NCBI GenBank assembly: GCA_039026395.1 | Contig: JBCCMK010000007.1 | Coordinates: 1,623-65,622, forward strand | Reading direction: 5' to 3' | Length of the DNA stretch: 64,000 bases | Source: Pseudomonadota bacterium | GTDB lineage: Bacteria; Pseudomonadota; Alphaproteobacteria; Rhizobiales; JAKSCL01 | Shown here: positions 8,996-19,914 of the stretch, in pieces | How positions within the stretch are numbered: the first letter of the stretch is position 1 | How the letters are laid out: the number at the start of each line of letters is the position of its first letter | Position numbers and translations under genes: made by a program | Notes under the pieces: model-generated | Told to the model about the DNA's origin: nothing | Databases searched by the model: none | What the model saw: only the letters and a program-made list of their open reading frames with translations

Positions 8996-11299
8996 CTATC
9001 GACCGCGTCCTGAATATGCTTTGCGTGGCTTGTCCGGTCTTCTTCGGCCTTTGGCCACGGATTTCCCAAAGCCGCGCGGCTTCTTCGGGCGACCGAAGCG
9101 TGACGCACGGGGTTGTCCTAGCGATTTGCCATCGCTCACCATCGAAAACCGGAGAGCGCCCGCGAGCGGTGCGGCTTCTTCGAGTTTCACCTCAACCGTG
9201 TCGCCGAGCTGAAACGCTTCCGATGTGCGCTCACCGATGATCGCATGGCGCTCCTGGTCGACGTGGAAGTAGTCATAATCGAGCGAGCGAAGCGGGAGGA
9301 AGCCGTCCGCGCCGGTTTCCGTCAACTCAAGAAAGAGGCCGGCACGCGTGACGCCAGTTATGCGGGCGCGGAATTGTGTCCCGATTTTCTCGGACAGGTA
9401 ACCAGTGATGAGCCGGTCAACGGTTTCGCGTTCGGCGGCCATCGCCCGCCGCTCTGTCCCGGAAATTTGGCTCGCGATCTCAGCGAGTTTTGGCAAGTCG
9501 GACGGATCAAGGCCGCCTTCGCCGAGCTTGTATGCGGAAACCAGTGCGCGGTGGACGATCAAGTCGGCGTAGCGCCGGATTGGTGAAGTGAAATGCGCGT
9601 AGCGTCGGAGATTGAGGCCGAAATGGCCATAATTCTCCGGCGAATACTCCGCCTGGCTCTGCGTGCGCAGAACCATTGTGTTGACCAATTCGCGGTTTGG
9701 CAATTCTTCAGCCTGGGCGAGCAGTCGGTTGAAGTGAAACGGTCGAACCTGCCCGGGTTTTGCGAGAGAGAGGCCGAGCGACGAGACCACCTCCGAAAGC
9801 GCGTTCATCTTCTCAACACCGGGCGCATCGTGCACGCGATAAACGAGCGGCGAGCGCCTGTCCTCAAGCGCTTCAGCGGCAGCAACGTTCGCCTGTATCA
9901 TGAATTCTTCGATCAGCCGGTGGGCATCCAGACGGTCAGGAATCATAACGTGATCAACCGTGCCATCCGGCTTCAGCACCAGCTTGCGCTCTGGCAGATC
10001 AAGCGCCAGCGGTTCGCGATCGTCGCGGGCCTTCGCGAGAGTGCCGTAGGCGTCGAGGAGCGGTTTCAGCACCGTGTCAGCGATCGGTGAAACGCGCTCG
10101 TCAGGTTTGCCGTCAAACGCGGTCTGAGCCTCTTGGTAAGAGAGCCGCATGACCGATTTGATCATGCCGCGCAGGAACTTATGGCCCTTTTTTCTGCCTG
10201 ACTTGTCGAACACCATGCGCACAACCAACGCTGCGCGATCCACGCCTTCTTTCAGCGAGCACAGGTCGTTTGAGATGCGCTCCGGCAGCATCGGAACAAC
10301 GCGGTCGGGAAAATAGACCGAGTTGCCGCGCTCCACCGCCTCGCGGTCGAGCGCTGAACCCGGACGCACAAACCAAGAGACATCGGCGATCGCGACCCAC
10401 ACGATGAAGCCGTCTGGATTGTCAGGATCGGGCTCCGCATAGACCGCATCGTCATGGTCTTTTGCGTCGGCGGGATCGATCGTGACGAATGGTAGGTCGC
10501 GCAGATCCGTTCGGTTCGTCATGTCCGCTTCAGTGGAGGCTTTGGCGGCTTCCAAGACCTTGGACGGGAAGACATGGGGGATTCGATGGTTATGGATCGC
10601 GATCAGGCTGACCGTTTTTTCAGAGCGGACATTCGCGAGCTGCTCCACGACCTTGGCGCGCGGCAAACCAAGGGCTCGGGACCGCATGGGTTCGATTTCG
10701 ACGAGGTCCCCCTCGGTCGCATCGTTCAAGTCTTCGCTCGCAACGGCAAAATCGCTTCGGGCTTTTTTGTCGATGGGTGAGACACGCCAATTGCCGCGCT
10801 CGGTCTTGCGTAAGACCCCGAGCGCGCGCGCCCTCTGTGAGCCGAGGACCTTGATAGGCCTCGCCTCATAACCCAGCGCATCATCGCGTCTTGCAATTCG
10901 CGCGAGAACGCGGTCGCCGATACCGGGCTGCCGATTGTCTTTGCCAGGCTTTTTGACCGGAAGCACAGTGATCTGCGGCGGAGGCCCTTGCTCTTCCTCG
11001 TCCCAGTCGGTCGGCTCGCCGACCAGTTCTCCATCATCGTCGCGACCGCGCACGAAGAGAAGCATCACAGGCGGCAGTTCACCGGCCTTATCGAGCCGTT
11101 TCCCGCGCTTTGTGACCAGCCCGCGCTCCGCCATATCGCGCAAAAGCCCTTTCAATGCGACGCGTTGAGCAGCAGGCACTTTGAACGCTCGCGCAATCTC
11201 GCGCTTTCCCGATTTTCCCGGGTTTTGCGCTATAAATTCGAGGATGTCGTCGGCCGACGGAAGGCTCGATTGTCTCGGTGTTGCGCGGTGCTTCGCCAA
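8996..11299 (-). CDS. rnr: Ribonuclease R
   Basis: RNB motifs TIDPADAKDHDDA and HFTSPIRRYADL; S1 domain; basic C-terminal tail. Confidence 0.97.
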   Translation of the reverse strand: MAKHRATPRQSSLPSADDILEFIAQNPGKSGKREIARAFKVPAAQRVALKGLLRDMAERGLVTKRGKRLDKAGELPPVMLLFVRGRDDDGELVGEPTDWDEEEQGPPPQITVLPVKKPGKDNRQPGIGDRVLARIARRDDALGYEARPIKVLGSQRARALGVLRKTERGNWRVSPIDKKARSDFAVASEDLNDATEGDLVEIEPMRSRALGLPRAKVVEQLANVRSEKTVSLIAIHNHRIPHVFPSKVLEAAKASTEADMTNRTDLRDLPFVTIDPADAKDHDDAVYAEPDPDNPDGFIVWVAIADVSWFVRPGSALDREAVERGNSVYFPDRVVPMLPERISNDLCSLKEGVDRAALVVRMVFDKSGRKKGHKFLRGMIKSVMRLSYQEAQTAFDGKPDERVSPIADTVLKPLLDAYGTLAKARDDREPLALDLPERKLVLKPDGTVDHVMIPDRLDAHRLIEEFMIQANVAAAEALEDRRSPLVYRVHDAPGVEKMNALSEVVSSLGLSLAKPGQVRPFHFNRLLAQAEELPNRELVNTMVLRTQSQAEYSPENYGHFGLNLRRYAHFTSPIRRYADLIVHRALVSAYKLGEGGLDPSDLPKLAEIASQISGTERRAMAAERETVDRLITGYLSEKIGTQFRARITGVTRAGLFLELTETGADGFLPLRSLDYDYFHVDQERHAIIGERTSEAFQLGDTVEVKLEEAAPLAGALRFSMVSDGKSLGQPRASRFGRPKKPRGFGKSVAKGRRRPDKPRKAYSGRGR

Positions 11300-11302
11300 G
11301 AG

Positions 11303-13888
11303 CTAACCGGCCTTTTCAGGCGTTTTTTTCTTGGCAGGCGCTTTTTTCTTGGTGGGTTTCTTTTTGGAGCCCGCTTTCGCGGCGATCAGCTCGAGCGCCT
11401 TTTCCATTGTAACGGTGTCTGGCGTCACATCCTTGGGTAGCGTCGCGTTGATTTTGCCGTGTTTGACATAGGGTCCGTAGCGACCTTCCATCACCTGCAC
11501 TGGCCCGCCATCTGGGTGATCGCCCAACTCTTTCAAGGCTTTTGCCCCGGGGCGTCGACCGCCGCTCGCCTGCTTTTCCGCAATCAGCGTCACGGCTCGG
11601 TTCAGGCCGATCGTGAAGACGTCTTCGGCGTTCTCCAGGTTTGCATACGTTCTCTGGTGCTGAATGTAGGGACCATAGCGCCCAAAATTCGCCAGGATCG
11701 GTTCTTGCGTTTCCGGGTGTTGGCCGACTTCGCGGGGGAGGGACAAGAGCTTGAGCGCCAGCGCCAGGTCCACGTCGCTCGGCTGCGTACCTTTTGGAAG
11801 CCCGGATCGTTTTGGTTTGTCATCTCCTTCGGCAGCACGTTGGACATACGGTCCAAACCGACCCGACTTAAGCTCGATCGCAAGGCCGGTGTCTGGGTCT
11901 TCGCCGAGTAGTCGCTCATCCGACTGACCAGCGTTAGGATCGTCTTCGCCCGCTCGCGAGAGTTGGCGCGTAAAGTTGCACTCAGGGTAGTTTGAGCAGC
12001 CCACGAATGCGCCATAGCGACCAAGTTTCAACGAAAGTTGCCCGGCGCCGCATTTCGGGCAGACGCGGGGATCGCCGCCATCTTCGGTCTTTGGAAAGAC
12101 GTGGTCGCTCAGGATCTCATTCAGTGCATCGAGTACTTCGGAGACGCGAAGGTCTTTGATTTCGCCAACGGAGCCGGAGAAATCCTGCCAGAACTGGCGG
12201 AGCACGGCTTTCCAATCGAGCGTGCCGTCTGAAATCTGGTCCAGCTGCTCTTCAAGCGAGGCTGTGAAATCATATCCGACATAGCGGGTGAAGAAGCTCT
12301 CAAGGAACGCGATGACGAGACGGCCCTTATCCTGTGCAATCAGGCGCCGTTTATCGATCTCGACATAGTCGCGATCCTGAAGTGTTTGGATCGTCGCGGC
12401 ATAAGTGGATGGGCGCCCGATGCCCAACTCTTCCATCTTTTTGACGAGTGTCGCTTCGGTGTAGCGTGGCGGCGGCTCGGTGAAGTGCTGGTTTGCTTCG
12501 ATCTTCTCGCGCGTGGGCTTTTCGCCGACCGCGATCGTCGGAAGGCGGCGACCATCTTCATCATCATCATCGTCGCGACCTTCCTGATAGAGCGTCAGGA
12601 AGCCATCGAACAGAATGACGGTGCCGGTTGCCCGCAACATTGCTTTCTTCGAGCCATCGCTGGCTTCGATGTCGACCGTCGTGCGTTCGACTGAGGCCGA
12701 CTCCATCTGGCTTGCGATCGTCCGTTTCCAGATCAGTTCGTAGAGTCGATACTGGTCCTGCTCGAGATGCGCTTTCGCGTCCTTGGGCCGGATCGACATG
12801 TTGGTCGGGCGCACCGCTTCATGCGCTTCCTGGGCGTTCTTTGCCTTCACCTTATAAACGCGCGGTGAGGACGGCACGTACTGGTCGCCAAACTCTTTCC
12901 CGATCAGCTTGCGGGCGTCAGTGATGGCTTCCGGCGCAATCTCTACGCCGTCCGTCCGCATATAAGTAATGAGCCCGACAGTCTCACCGCCGAGCGAAAC
13001 GCCTTCATAAAGACGCTGCGCGACCTGCATGGTCCGCGAGGCGGAGAAGCCCAGTTTTCGAGAGGCCTCTTGCTGGAGTGTTGAGGTGGAGAAGGGTGGA
13101 CGAGGATTTCGTTTCTGCGGTTTCGCTTCGACCGACGCGACCGAGAAGGATGCGCGCTCCAACATTTGCTTGATGGCGGTTGCTTCGGTTTCCGATCCGA
13201 TATCGAGGCGGGTGATCTTTCGGCCGTCATACGCGGAGAGGCGGGCTTCGAAGCTTTGACCATTCGCCGCCAGCATGTGGGCAACGATCGACCAATATTC
13301 CTGGCTAACGAATTTCTCGATCTCGACCTCGCGGTCGCAGACGAGCCTGAGAGCAACAGATTGCACGCGTCCCGCCGAACGAGCGCCGGGGAGCTTCCGC
13401 CAAAGGACGGGAGAAAGAGTGAAACCAACGAGATAGTCGAGGGCGCGGCGGGCAAGATACGCGTCAACCAGGGGCGCATCGATATCGCGTGGGTTCGACA
13501 TCGCGTCGGTGACGGCCTTCTTCGTGATCGCATTGAAGACGACCCGCTGGACCGGCTTGTCTTTGACGACCTTCTTCTTTTTCAGAAGCTCAAGCACATG
13601 CCAGGAAATCGCTTCGCCTTCGCGATCTGGGTCGGTGGCAAGAATGATGCGGTCCGCATCTCGAACGGCGTTCGCGATCTCGGTGACTCGCTTCTTTGAC
13701 TTCGTGTCGACATCCCAAATCATGTCGAAATCCTGGTCCGGCATGACCGAGCCATCCTTGGGCGGCAGATCACGGACATGGCCGTATGACGCCAGAACCG
13801 TGTAATCCGGCCCAAGATATTTATTGATGGTCTTTGCCTTTGCCGGCGATTCCACGATTACAACGCTGGAACTCACGCGATCACCCAT
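11303..13888 (-). CDS. topA: DNA topoisomerase I
   Basis: VIVESPAKAKTI, ATDPDREGE, SAGRVQS and LITYMRTD; zinc finger and C-terminal repeats. Start approximate. Confidence 0.98.
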   Translation of the reverse strand: MGDRVSSSVVIVESPAKAKTINKYLGPDYTVLASYGHVRDLPPKDGSVMPDQDFDMIWDVDTKSKKRVTEIANAVRDADRIILATDPDREGEAISWHVLELLKKKKVVKDKPVQRVVFNAITKKAVTDAMSNPRDIDAPLVDAYLARRALDYLVGFTLSPVLWRKLPGARSAGRVQSVALRLVCDREVEIEKFVSQEYWSIVAHMLAANGQSFEARLSAYDGRKITRLDIGSETEATAIKQMLERASFSVASVEAKPQKRNPRPPFSTSTLQQEASRKLGFSASRTMQVAQRLYEGVSLGGETVGLITYMRTDGVEIAPEAITDARKLIGKEFGDQYVPSSPRVYKVKAKNAQEAHEAVRPTNMSIRPKDAKAHLEQDQYRLYELIWKRTIASQMESASVERTTVDIEASDGSKKAMLRATGTVILFDGFLTLYQEGRDDDDDEDGRRLPTIAVGEKPTREKIEANQHFTEPPPRYTEATLVKKMEELGIGRPSTYAATIQTLQDRDYVEIDKRRLIAQDKGRLVIAFLESFFTRYVGYDFTASLEEQLDQISDGTLDWKAVLRQFWQDFSGSVGEIKDLRVSEVLDALNEILSDHVFPKTEDGGDPRVCPKCGAGQLSLKLGRYGAFVGCSNYPECNFTRQLSRAGEDDPNAGQSDERLLGEDPDTGLAIELKSGRFGPYVQRAAEGDDKPKRSGLPKGTQPSDVDLALALKLLSLPREVGQHPETQEPILANFGRYGPYIQHQRTYANLENAEDVFTIGLNRAVTLIAEKQASGGRRPGAKALKELGDHPDGGPVQVMEGRYGPYVKHGKINATLPKDVTPDTVTMEKALELIAAKAGSKKKPTKKKAPAKKKTPEKAG

Positions 13889-14081
13889 ACGTAAAGTGCT
13901 GGTTTCGTCGCCGCCTGCAAAGCGGTGCGGCGGAAGATGGTGAAAGGCCTTCGGTCTGTCAATTGCGACCGGTGCTTCGCGGTAAAAATAGGTAACTCAA
14001 AATGCAACTTATAAGTGTGTTGTGCAAGTATAGCAACTTATAGTATTTATCCATGATGTCGTTCAACCTTACGGTGAAGCC

Positions 14082-14294
14082 GTGACGCGTCAGACGAAAA
14101 TTGTTAGTTCAAAAGACGTCATTCCGGTCGAGATCGAGAATGCAGACACTGCAGAATACATCGTTGCAATGTCGGAACCACTTCGAAAACTGGCGCTGGA
14201 AGCTGACCTGACTGTGGTTGCTTATCTCCTCTCCATGGTGATTGAGGAAGCTCGGGCGAACACGATACCAAAGCCGCAGGCACCAGTCGGTTAA
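14082..14294 (+). CDS. Small hypothetical helical protein (70 aa)
   Basis: AEYIVAMSEPLRKLALEADLTVVAYLLSMVIEEA resembles a recurrent Rhizobiales small-protein family; AT-rich promoter region upstream; fills the topA-dprA gap. Confidence 0.65.
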   Translation: MTRQTKIVSSKDVIPVEIENADTAEYIVAMSEPLRKLALEADLTVVAYLLSMVIEEARANTIPKPQAPVG

Positions 14295-14305
14295 TCATCA
14301 GACCG

Positions 14306-15430
14306 TCAAATATTGTTCGGCACAGCTTTTTCAAATGAGCCATCGCTGTGGACGATAATGCCGCCCGTGAGCTCCAGGTCGATCAGGGCTGCATTGATAA
14401 CGTGCTGTGACAATCCGGATTCTCGAACGAGAGCATCCGAGGTGACTGCGTTTGCGCCGAGCAGGGAGAGAATCTCCTCGGTCACACTCGGTTCGACCTC
14501 GTAAATGACCGGCGCATCTGCGTCGCTTTCCGAAAAAAGCATCGGTTCCGTTTGGCTTTCGTCCTGGTTTTTGATCGCGGATATTACGTCTTCCGCGGTT
14601 TCGATGAGGGGCATGCCGCGTTTGATGAGCCCATTAGGACCCGCGGATCGCGGGTCCATGGGCGTGCCCGGTACGGCTCCGACTGGCCGTTGATAGTCCT
14701 TTGCCCGGCGCGCAGTAATGAGTGATCCGGATTTGCGGGCGGCCTCGATAACGATCGTGATTTGGGCCGACGCGGCAATGATTCGGTTTCGCGCAGGAAA
14801 ATCCGTGGCCCGCGGCGGTGCGTCGGGCGGGCGTTCACTCACAAAGAGCCCGGTCTCGCATAGGGGCGCGATTAAATCCGCGTTGGACTCTGGGGTGATT
14901 CTACCGAGGCCGCCTGCAATAGCTGCGATCGTTCCAGTCTGAAGGGAGCCTTCATGCGCAGCACGATCAATGCCGGCCGCAAAGCCTGATATGATTGCAT
15001 AGCCAGCGCCGCCGAGGTCTTTTGCCAATGTTCGAGCCATCTGCCGACTATGGGCAGATGCTTGACGCGATCCGACAATGGCTATTGTTGGCTTGGTTGT
15101 GACGTCCCGCGCCCCACGCGTCCATAGCATGGGTGGGGCGTCGGCGACTTTCCTCAGAAGCGGCGGAAAGCCGGTTTCTGTTGGCGAAACAAGAGTGCAG
15201 CTTAATGCCGAACCACGCTCCAGTTCGGCCACGATGACCGCCGCATCGGGAATCTGAATGGATTTGCGATTTTGGTGCTTCTTGATGAGGTCCGCGACAC
15301 CCTCTAGTGCCGCTGCGGCGCCGCCATACCGGTTGAGAAGCCTTCGAAAGAGGACGGGACCGATGCCCTTTGCCCGCATGAGCGTCAGCCAGGCAAGCTT
15401 TTGCTCATCGGTAAGGTGGTTCTGGCTCAC
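14306..15430 (-). CDS. dprA: DNA-processing protein DprA
   Basis: [27 protein letters not shown] and [12 protein letters not shown]; C-terminal wHTH. Confidence 0.95.
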   Translation of the reverse strand: MSQNHLTDEQKLAWLTLMRAKGIGPVLFRRLLNRYGGAAAALEGVADLIKKHQNRKSIQIPDAAVIVAELERGSALSCTLVSPTETGFPPLLRKVADAPPMLWTRGARDVTTKPTIAIVGSRQASAHSRQMARTLAKDLGGAGYAIISGFAAGIDRAAHEGSLQTGTIAAIAGGLGRITPESNADLIAPLCETGLFVSERPPDAPPRATDFPARNRIIAASAQITIVIEAARKSGSLITARRAKDYQRPVGAVPGTPMDPRSAGPNGLIKRGMPLIETAEDVISAIKNQDESQTEPMLFSESDADAPVIYEVEPSVTEEILSLLGANAVTSDALVRESGLSQHVINAALIDLELTGGIIVHSDGSFEKAVPNNI

Positions 15431-16041
15431 CCCTTCTGGCCGATCTTGCTTTCTTCACCCCGCAGAAGCCGCTTGATGTTTTCGCGGTGCGCATACCAGA
15501 GCAGCAAAGAGAGGAGAACAAAGAGTTCGGCGAGCTGCCAGCGATCTGTCAGCGCGAGCGCGATCGGCGCAAGGAAAGAGGCGGTGAGGGCTGACAGCGA
15601 TGAATACCGAAAGATCAGAGCCATCAACAGCCAGACCGCCATGAAGCCAAGGCCGATGGGCCACGCCGCGCCGAGGAGCACCCCGATATAGGTTGCGACG
15701 CCCTTACCGCCTTTGAATTTGAGCCACACCGGAAAAAGATGGCCGAGAAAGGCACCGAGCCCGGCGACCACTGCTGTGTCGGGGCCAAATCGCGCTGCCA
15801 CGAGATATGCAATTGTGCCTTTAAGCCCGTCGCCGAGAAGCGTGAGTGCCGCCAGTTCTTTGCGGCCAGTGCGAAGAACGTTGGTCGTTCCGATATTCCC
15901 AGAGCCAATCTCGCGGACATCTCCAGCACCCCCCAAACGTGTGATGATCAGGCCGAACGGGATTGAGCCGAGCAGATAACCAAAGAGCAGGGCAGCCGCC
16001 AGATAGGGGAGCGCGATGGACAAGGATTTGGGATCGGGCAT
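15427..16041 (-). CDS. plsY: Glycerol-3-phosphate acyltransferase PlsY
   Basis: [31 protein letters not shown] and HRENIKRL. Confidence 0.97.
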   Translation of the reverse strand: MPDPKSLSIALPYLAAALLFGYLLGSIPFGLIITRLGGAGDVREIGSGNIGTTNVLRTGRKELAALTLLGDGLKGTIAYLVAARFGPDTAVVAGLGAFLGHLFPVWLKFKGGKGVATYIGVLLGAAWPIGLGFMAVWLLMALIFRYSSLSALTASFLAPIALALTDRWQLAELFVLLSLLLWYAHRENIKRLLRGEESKIGQKG

Positions 16042-16074
16042 CAATATCGCTCCGGACAATGACCTTTTAGGATT

Positions 16075-17376
16075 TTACGCCGCTGCGGCGTCAAACACCA
16101 CATGGCCATCCACCAGCGTCATGTGAACCCGGCCTTTGAAGTCAGCCTCGTCAAACGGGGTGTTTTTCGCGCGCGATTTCAACATGTCACGCTCAAGTGT
16201 CCAGGTCTCATTCGGGTCGAAGAGACAGAGGTCAGCTGGAGCGCCCTTCTTCAGCCGACCGCTCTCAAATCCAAACATTGATGCAGGATTGGCGGTGAGC
16301 GGCTTCAAAAGGGCGGCCAGGCCCATGTGCCCGGCGTGATAGAGCCGGAGGAGGGCAGGGAGCATGGTTTCAACACCAACTGCGCCATAGTTTGCCTCTT
16401 CGAATGGCCGCCTCTTGTCTTCGACGTCCTGGGGATCGTGGCTCGAAACAATCAGATCGATCAGACCGTCCCGCACGGCATCAATGGTGGCGAGCCGCTC
16501 GTCTTCGGTCCGAAGAGGCGGCGATAGTTTACAGAACGTCCGGTATTGCCCCACATCCGCTTCGTTCAGGGTAAGGTGGTTTACGCTGACGCCACAAGTT
16601 ACGGAAATTCCATCGTTTTTTGCTTGGGCGACCCGTTCGATCGATCCCCGACAGGAGATCATTGCGGCGTGGTACCGCCCGCCGGTCAGGTTTGTTAGTG
16701 AAAGGTCACGGTCGAGTTGGATGGTCTCTGCTTCCATGGGGATGCCACGCAGACCCAAGCGCGATGCGAATTCGCCCTCATTCATAACGCCTTGTCCCGC
16801 GAGCGACGGCTCCTGGACGTGGTTCATAATCAGGCCACCGAAATCGCGCGCATAAGTCATGACGCGGCGGAAAAAGAGGGCGTCTGAGACTGTCTTTCGA
16901 CCGTCTGTGAAGGCAACGGCTCCGGCGTCAGCCAGCAGCCTGAGTTCTGTCATCTCGGTGCCTGAGAGACCCTTGGAGAGCGCCGCGGTCGTTGCGACTT
17001 TCACCTTCGAAGTCGCCTGCGCGCGCCTGAGGAGAAAGTCAACGAGCGCGATGTCGTCGATGACCGGATCGGTATCTGGCATCAAAATCATTGTTGTGAC
17101 GCCGCCCGCTGCCGCCGCATTTCCGGCGGTTGCGAGCGTTTCGCGATGCTCGGCACCCGGTTCGCCCGTGAAAACACGCGCATCTATCAATCCGGGCGAC
17201 AGGCAGCGCCCTGCCGCTTCGATGACTTTAGCGCTTCCGACCGTGTCGGCGGTGACGTTTTTCCCGACCGCCGCGATAACACCATCCTCGACGAGCAGGC
17301 CGCCAATGGTCTCAGTGCCCGCATCGGGGTCAATGAGCGTCGCGTTGACAAAAACTGTGCGAGGCGCCGAGGTCAT
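16075..17376 (-). CDS. pyrC: Dihydroorotase-like protein (probably inactive PyrC')
   Basis: Amidohydrolase fold (KLSPPLR, SSHDP) coupled to pyrB, but the HxH motif is replaced by DARVF. Confidence 0.85.
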   Translation of the reverse strand: MTSAPRTVFVNATLIDPDAGTETIGGLLVEDGVIAAVGKNVTADTVGSAKVIEAAGRCLSPGLIDARVFTGEPGAEHRETLATAGNAAAAGGVTTMILMPDTDPVIDDIALVDFLLRRAQATSKVKVATTAALSKGLSGTEMTELRLLADAGAVAFTDGRKTVSDALFFRRVMTYARDFGGLIMNHVQEPSLAGQGVMNEGEFASRLGLRGIPMEAETIQLDRDLSLTNLTGGRYHAAMISCRGSIERVAQAKNDGISVTCGVSVNHLTLNEADVGQYRTFCKLSPPLRTEDERLATIDAVRDGLIDLIVSSHDPQDVEDKRRPFEEANYGAVGVETMLPALLRLYHAGHMGLAALLKPLTANPASMFGFESGRLKKGAPADLCLFDPNETWTLERDMLKSRAKNTPFDEADFKGRVHMTLVDGHVVFDAAAA

Positions 17377-18335
17377 CGGGGTGCCCCGTTTGGTAGATGC
17401 CCAGCAAGCGCTTCGAGAACCGCCATGCGAACGGCAACACCCATCTCGACCTGTTCACGAATGACGCTTTGGTCGGATTCGGTCACGCCCGAGCCAATCT
17501 CAACCCCACGATTCATAGGTCCTGGATGCATTAAAAGCGCGTCCGGCTTTGCAATCGCCAACATTTCCCTATCGATGCCGTAGCTTCGGAAATACTCACG
17601 CGGGGAGGGTACAAACGCGTGGTCCATGCGTTCGCGCTGAAGGCGAAGCGCCATCACCACATCAGCATCTTTGAGGCCGGTTTTCATCTCGGTGAAGACA
17701 TCGACACCAAAATTCTCAATGCCCGCTGGTAGCAAAGTAGACGGCGCGATGATCCTTACTTTTGCGCCGAGAGCGGTCAGCGAGAGGATGTTCGAACGAG
17801 CGACACGGGAGTGGAGAATGTCCCCGCAAATTGCGACGGTGAGGCCCTCGATCTGACCCTTGTTGCGGCGGATCGTGAGCGCATCCAAGAGCGCTTGGGT
17901 TGGGTGCTCATGCGCGCCGTCACCGGCGTTGATGACTGAGCAATCGACCTTGTTCGCGAGGAGCCGAACTGCGCCTGCATGATGGTGCCGGACGACAATA
18001 ATGTCCGGGCGCATCGCGTTCAAAGTGATCGCTGTGTCGAGAAGCGTTTCGCCCTTTTTCACCGACGATGACGCCACCGACATGTTCATGACGTCAGCGC
18101 CCAGCCGTTTCCCAGCCAGCTCGAATGAGGCCTGCGTGCGGGTTGAAGCCTCAAAGAACAGATTGATTTGTGTTCTTCCGCGCAGAACGCTCGACTTTTT
18201 CTCGACTTGCCGTGAGAGCTGAACCGCTGCTTCGGCTTTATCGAGAAGAAATGAAATGTCTGATGGAGAAAGGCCGTCGATCCCGAGCAGATGCCGGTGT
18301 GGGAACCCGAGGAGCGAGGCGGTTTCAGTGTTCAT
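17373..18335 (-). CDS. pyrB: Aspartate carbamoyltransferase catalytic subunit
   Basis: [25 protein letters not shown] and [12 protein letters not shown]. Confidence 0.98.
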   Translation of the reverse strand: MNTETASLLGFPHRHLLGIDGLSPSDISFLLDKAEAAVQLSRQVEKKSSVLRGRTQINLFFEASTRTQASFELAGKRLGADVMNMSVASSSVKKGETLLDTAITLNAMRPDIIVVRHHHAGAVRLLANKVDCSVINAGDGAHEHPTQALLDALTIRRNKGQIEGLTVAICGDILHSRVARSNILSLTALGAKVRIIAPSTLLPAGIENFGVDVFTEMKTGLKDADVVMALRLQRERMDHAFVPSPREYFRSYGIDREMLAIAKPDALLMHPGPMNRGVEIGSGVTESDQSVIREQVEMGVAVRMAVLEALAGHLPNGAPR

Positions 18336-18401
18336 TAAAGCCACCTGGCTAAGGCGCTTTTCGTCAGCCCGCAAGACCGTCAGAAGAATTAAACCGGGTT
18401 A

Positions 18402-19328
18402 TCAAGTCAAAAGCGCGTAGGCCGCTGGCATCGTGACAATCGCGGCAAAGGTCTGGAGCGTTAGAATTTCAGCCATCAGTTCCGCATCGCCCCCCATCTG
18501 CCGTGCAAGCAGGTATGAGCCAGAGGCGGATGGTATGGCGGTCGCGATGATCGCGATTTGAAGTGCCGCGCCAGTCACCGAGAACAGGACGCAAAAGCCC
18601 GCGGCGATGCAGGGCATAAGGAGAAGGCGAAGAGTTGTCGCCGTCAATGCGGGCATCGTTGGCTTGAAAAGCCGCTTGAGCTGCAAGCCCGATCCGACAG
18701 CGATCAGACCGCCGACAAGAGCGCCGCTCCCGGCGACATCCAACGCTTCGGCAACCGGCTTGGGGATCGGGACGGCGAGCAAAGACAGAACCACCGCAAG
18801 ACCAGTCGACCAGATAAATGGATTTGTTATCAGCGTTTTAGTGAACTCTTTTGCAGTGATCGCGCGTCCGCTTGCGTGACGCACCAGCACTGAGACGCAG
18901 AGCAAATTGACCGTTGGGTTAAAGGCGAGAATCGCGATTGCGATGAGCGCTACGCCATCAGCGCCCAGAAGTTGGTCCGCCAACGCGATGCCGATAAAGG
19001 TATTCCAGCGGATCGCGCCTTGAAAAACGGACGTATATGCGGGCCCATCAACATCGAGCATTTTTTGCAAGAGCGGGCGCAACACGGTGACGACCGCACC
19101 CATTGCAAGGATCGAACAGAAGAGCGCGACGCCGAGACTGAACACCGGCAAGTCTCGCACGTCGATCATCAGGATGGTGTGGAGTACGATCGCCGGGAAA
19201 AAGACGTGGTAGCAGACCTTTTCAAAGCCTCGCCATTGCTCTTCGGTCAGGAAATCGATCCGACGGAGTACATTTCCAAGTGCGATGAGAATGAGCACAG
19301 GGAGAAGGCTCTGAAAGGCAGCGATCAT
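18402..19328 (-). CDS. AEC (auxin efflux carrier) family transporter
   Basis: About 10 TM helices; NPFI and YLLARQMGGDAELMA motifs. Confidence 0.85.
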   Translation of the reverse strand: MIAAFQSLLPVLILIALGNVLRRIDFLTEEQWRGFEKVCYHVFFPAIVLHTILMIDVRDLPVFSLGVALFCSILAMGAVVTVLRPLLQKMLDVDGPAYTSVFQGAIRWNTFIGIALADQLLGADGVALIAIAILAFNPTVNLLCVSVLVRHASGRAITAKEFTKTLITNPFIWSTGLAVVLSLLAVPIPKPVAEALDVAGSGALVGGLIAVGSGLQLKRLFKPTMPALTATTLRLLLMPCIAAGFCVLFSVTGAALQIAIIATAIPSASGSYLLARQMGGDAELMAEILTLQTFAAIVTMPAAYALLT

Positions 19329-19810
19329 AGGTGTTTGATCCGGTCGAGCACGCCCTGAAGGATGTAAGCCGCCGCAGCTGCATCAATCCGTGCTGCCCGC
19401 TTCTTGCGCGAGATATCGGCGTCGATCATGGCGCGCTCAGCGGCGACAGTGGAAAGGCGTTCGTCCCAAAACACGATCGGTAGAGCGAAAAACCCTGCGA
19501 GGTTCCGCGCAAACTGGCGAGTTGATTGCGCCCGTGGCCCCTCTGTGCCGTCCATATTGAGTGGCAGACCAAGCACAAGCCCGCACGCGCCTTGTTCCTC
19601 GCAGAATTCTTGTAACTCAGCCGCGTCCTGGCTGAACTTCCGACGCTTGATGACGCGGCTGGCTGTCGCGATCCGCCATTCGACGTCGGATAGCGCAACA
19701 CCGATCGTCTTTGTCCCCAGATCGAGCCCCACGAGCGGGCGCCCCCTTCCAACCACAGCGACGAAGGCGGTGAGGTCGTCAAAGACCGTTTCTGGCATGG
19801 GTTTCGGCAT
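19325..19810 (-). CDS. ruvX: RuvX/YqgF pre-16S rRNA nuclease
   Basis: GLDLGTKTIGVALSD, GLPLNMDG, WDERLST and IDAAAA. Confidence 0.95.
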   Translation of the reverse strand: MPKPMPETVFDDLTAFVAVVGRGRPLVGLDLGTKTIGVALSDVEWRIATASRVIKRRKFSQDAAELQEFCEEQGACGLVLGLPLNMDGTEGPRAQSTRQFARNLAGFFALPIVFWDERLSTVAAERAMIDADISRKKRAARIDAAAAAYILQGVLDRIKHL

Positions 19811-19914
19811 GGAAAACCGGAGAGTGGGAAGGGTTTGCGGTCGCTTGAAGGTTGTGACAACCATTCGGAATACTTGTCAACGAAGCGGCTTGCGCTCGAA
19901 CGGGGAGGACCCTC

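Noticed and set aside
11303-11380. Lys-rich low-complexity repeat at the end of topA
   Set aside because: A normal feature of TopA C-termini in this group.
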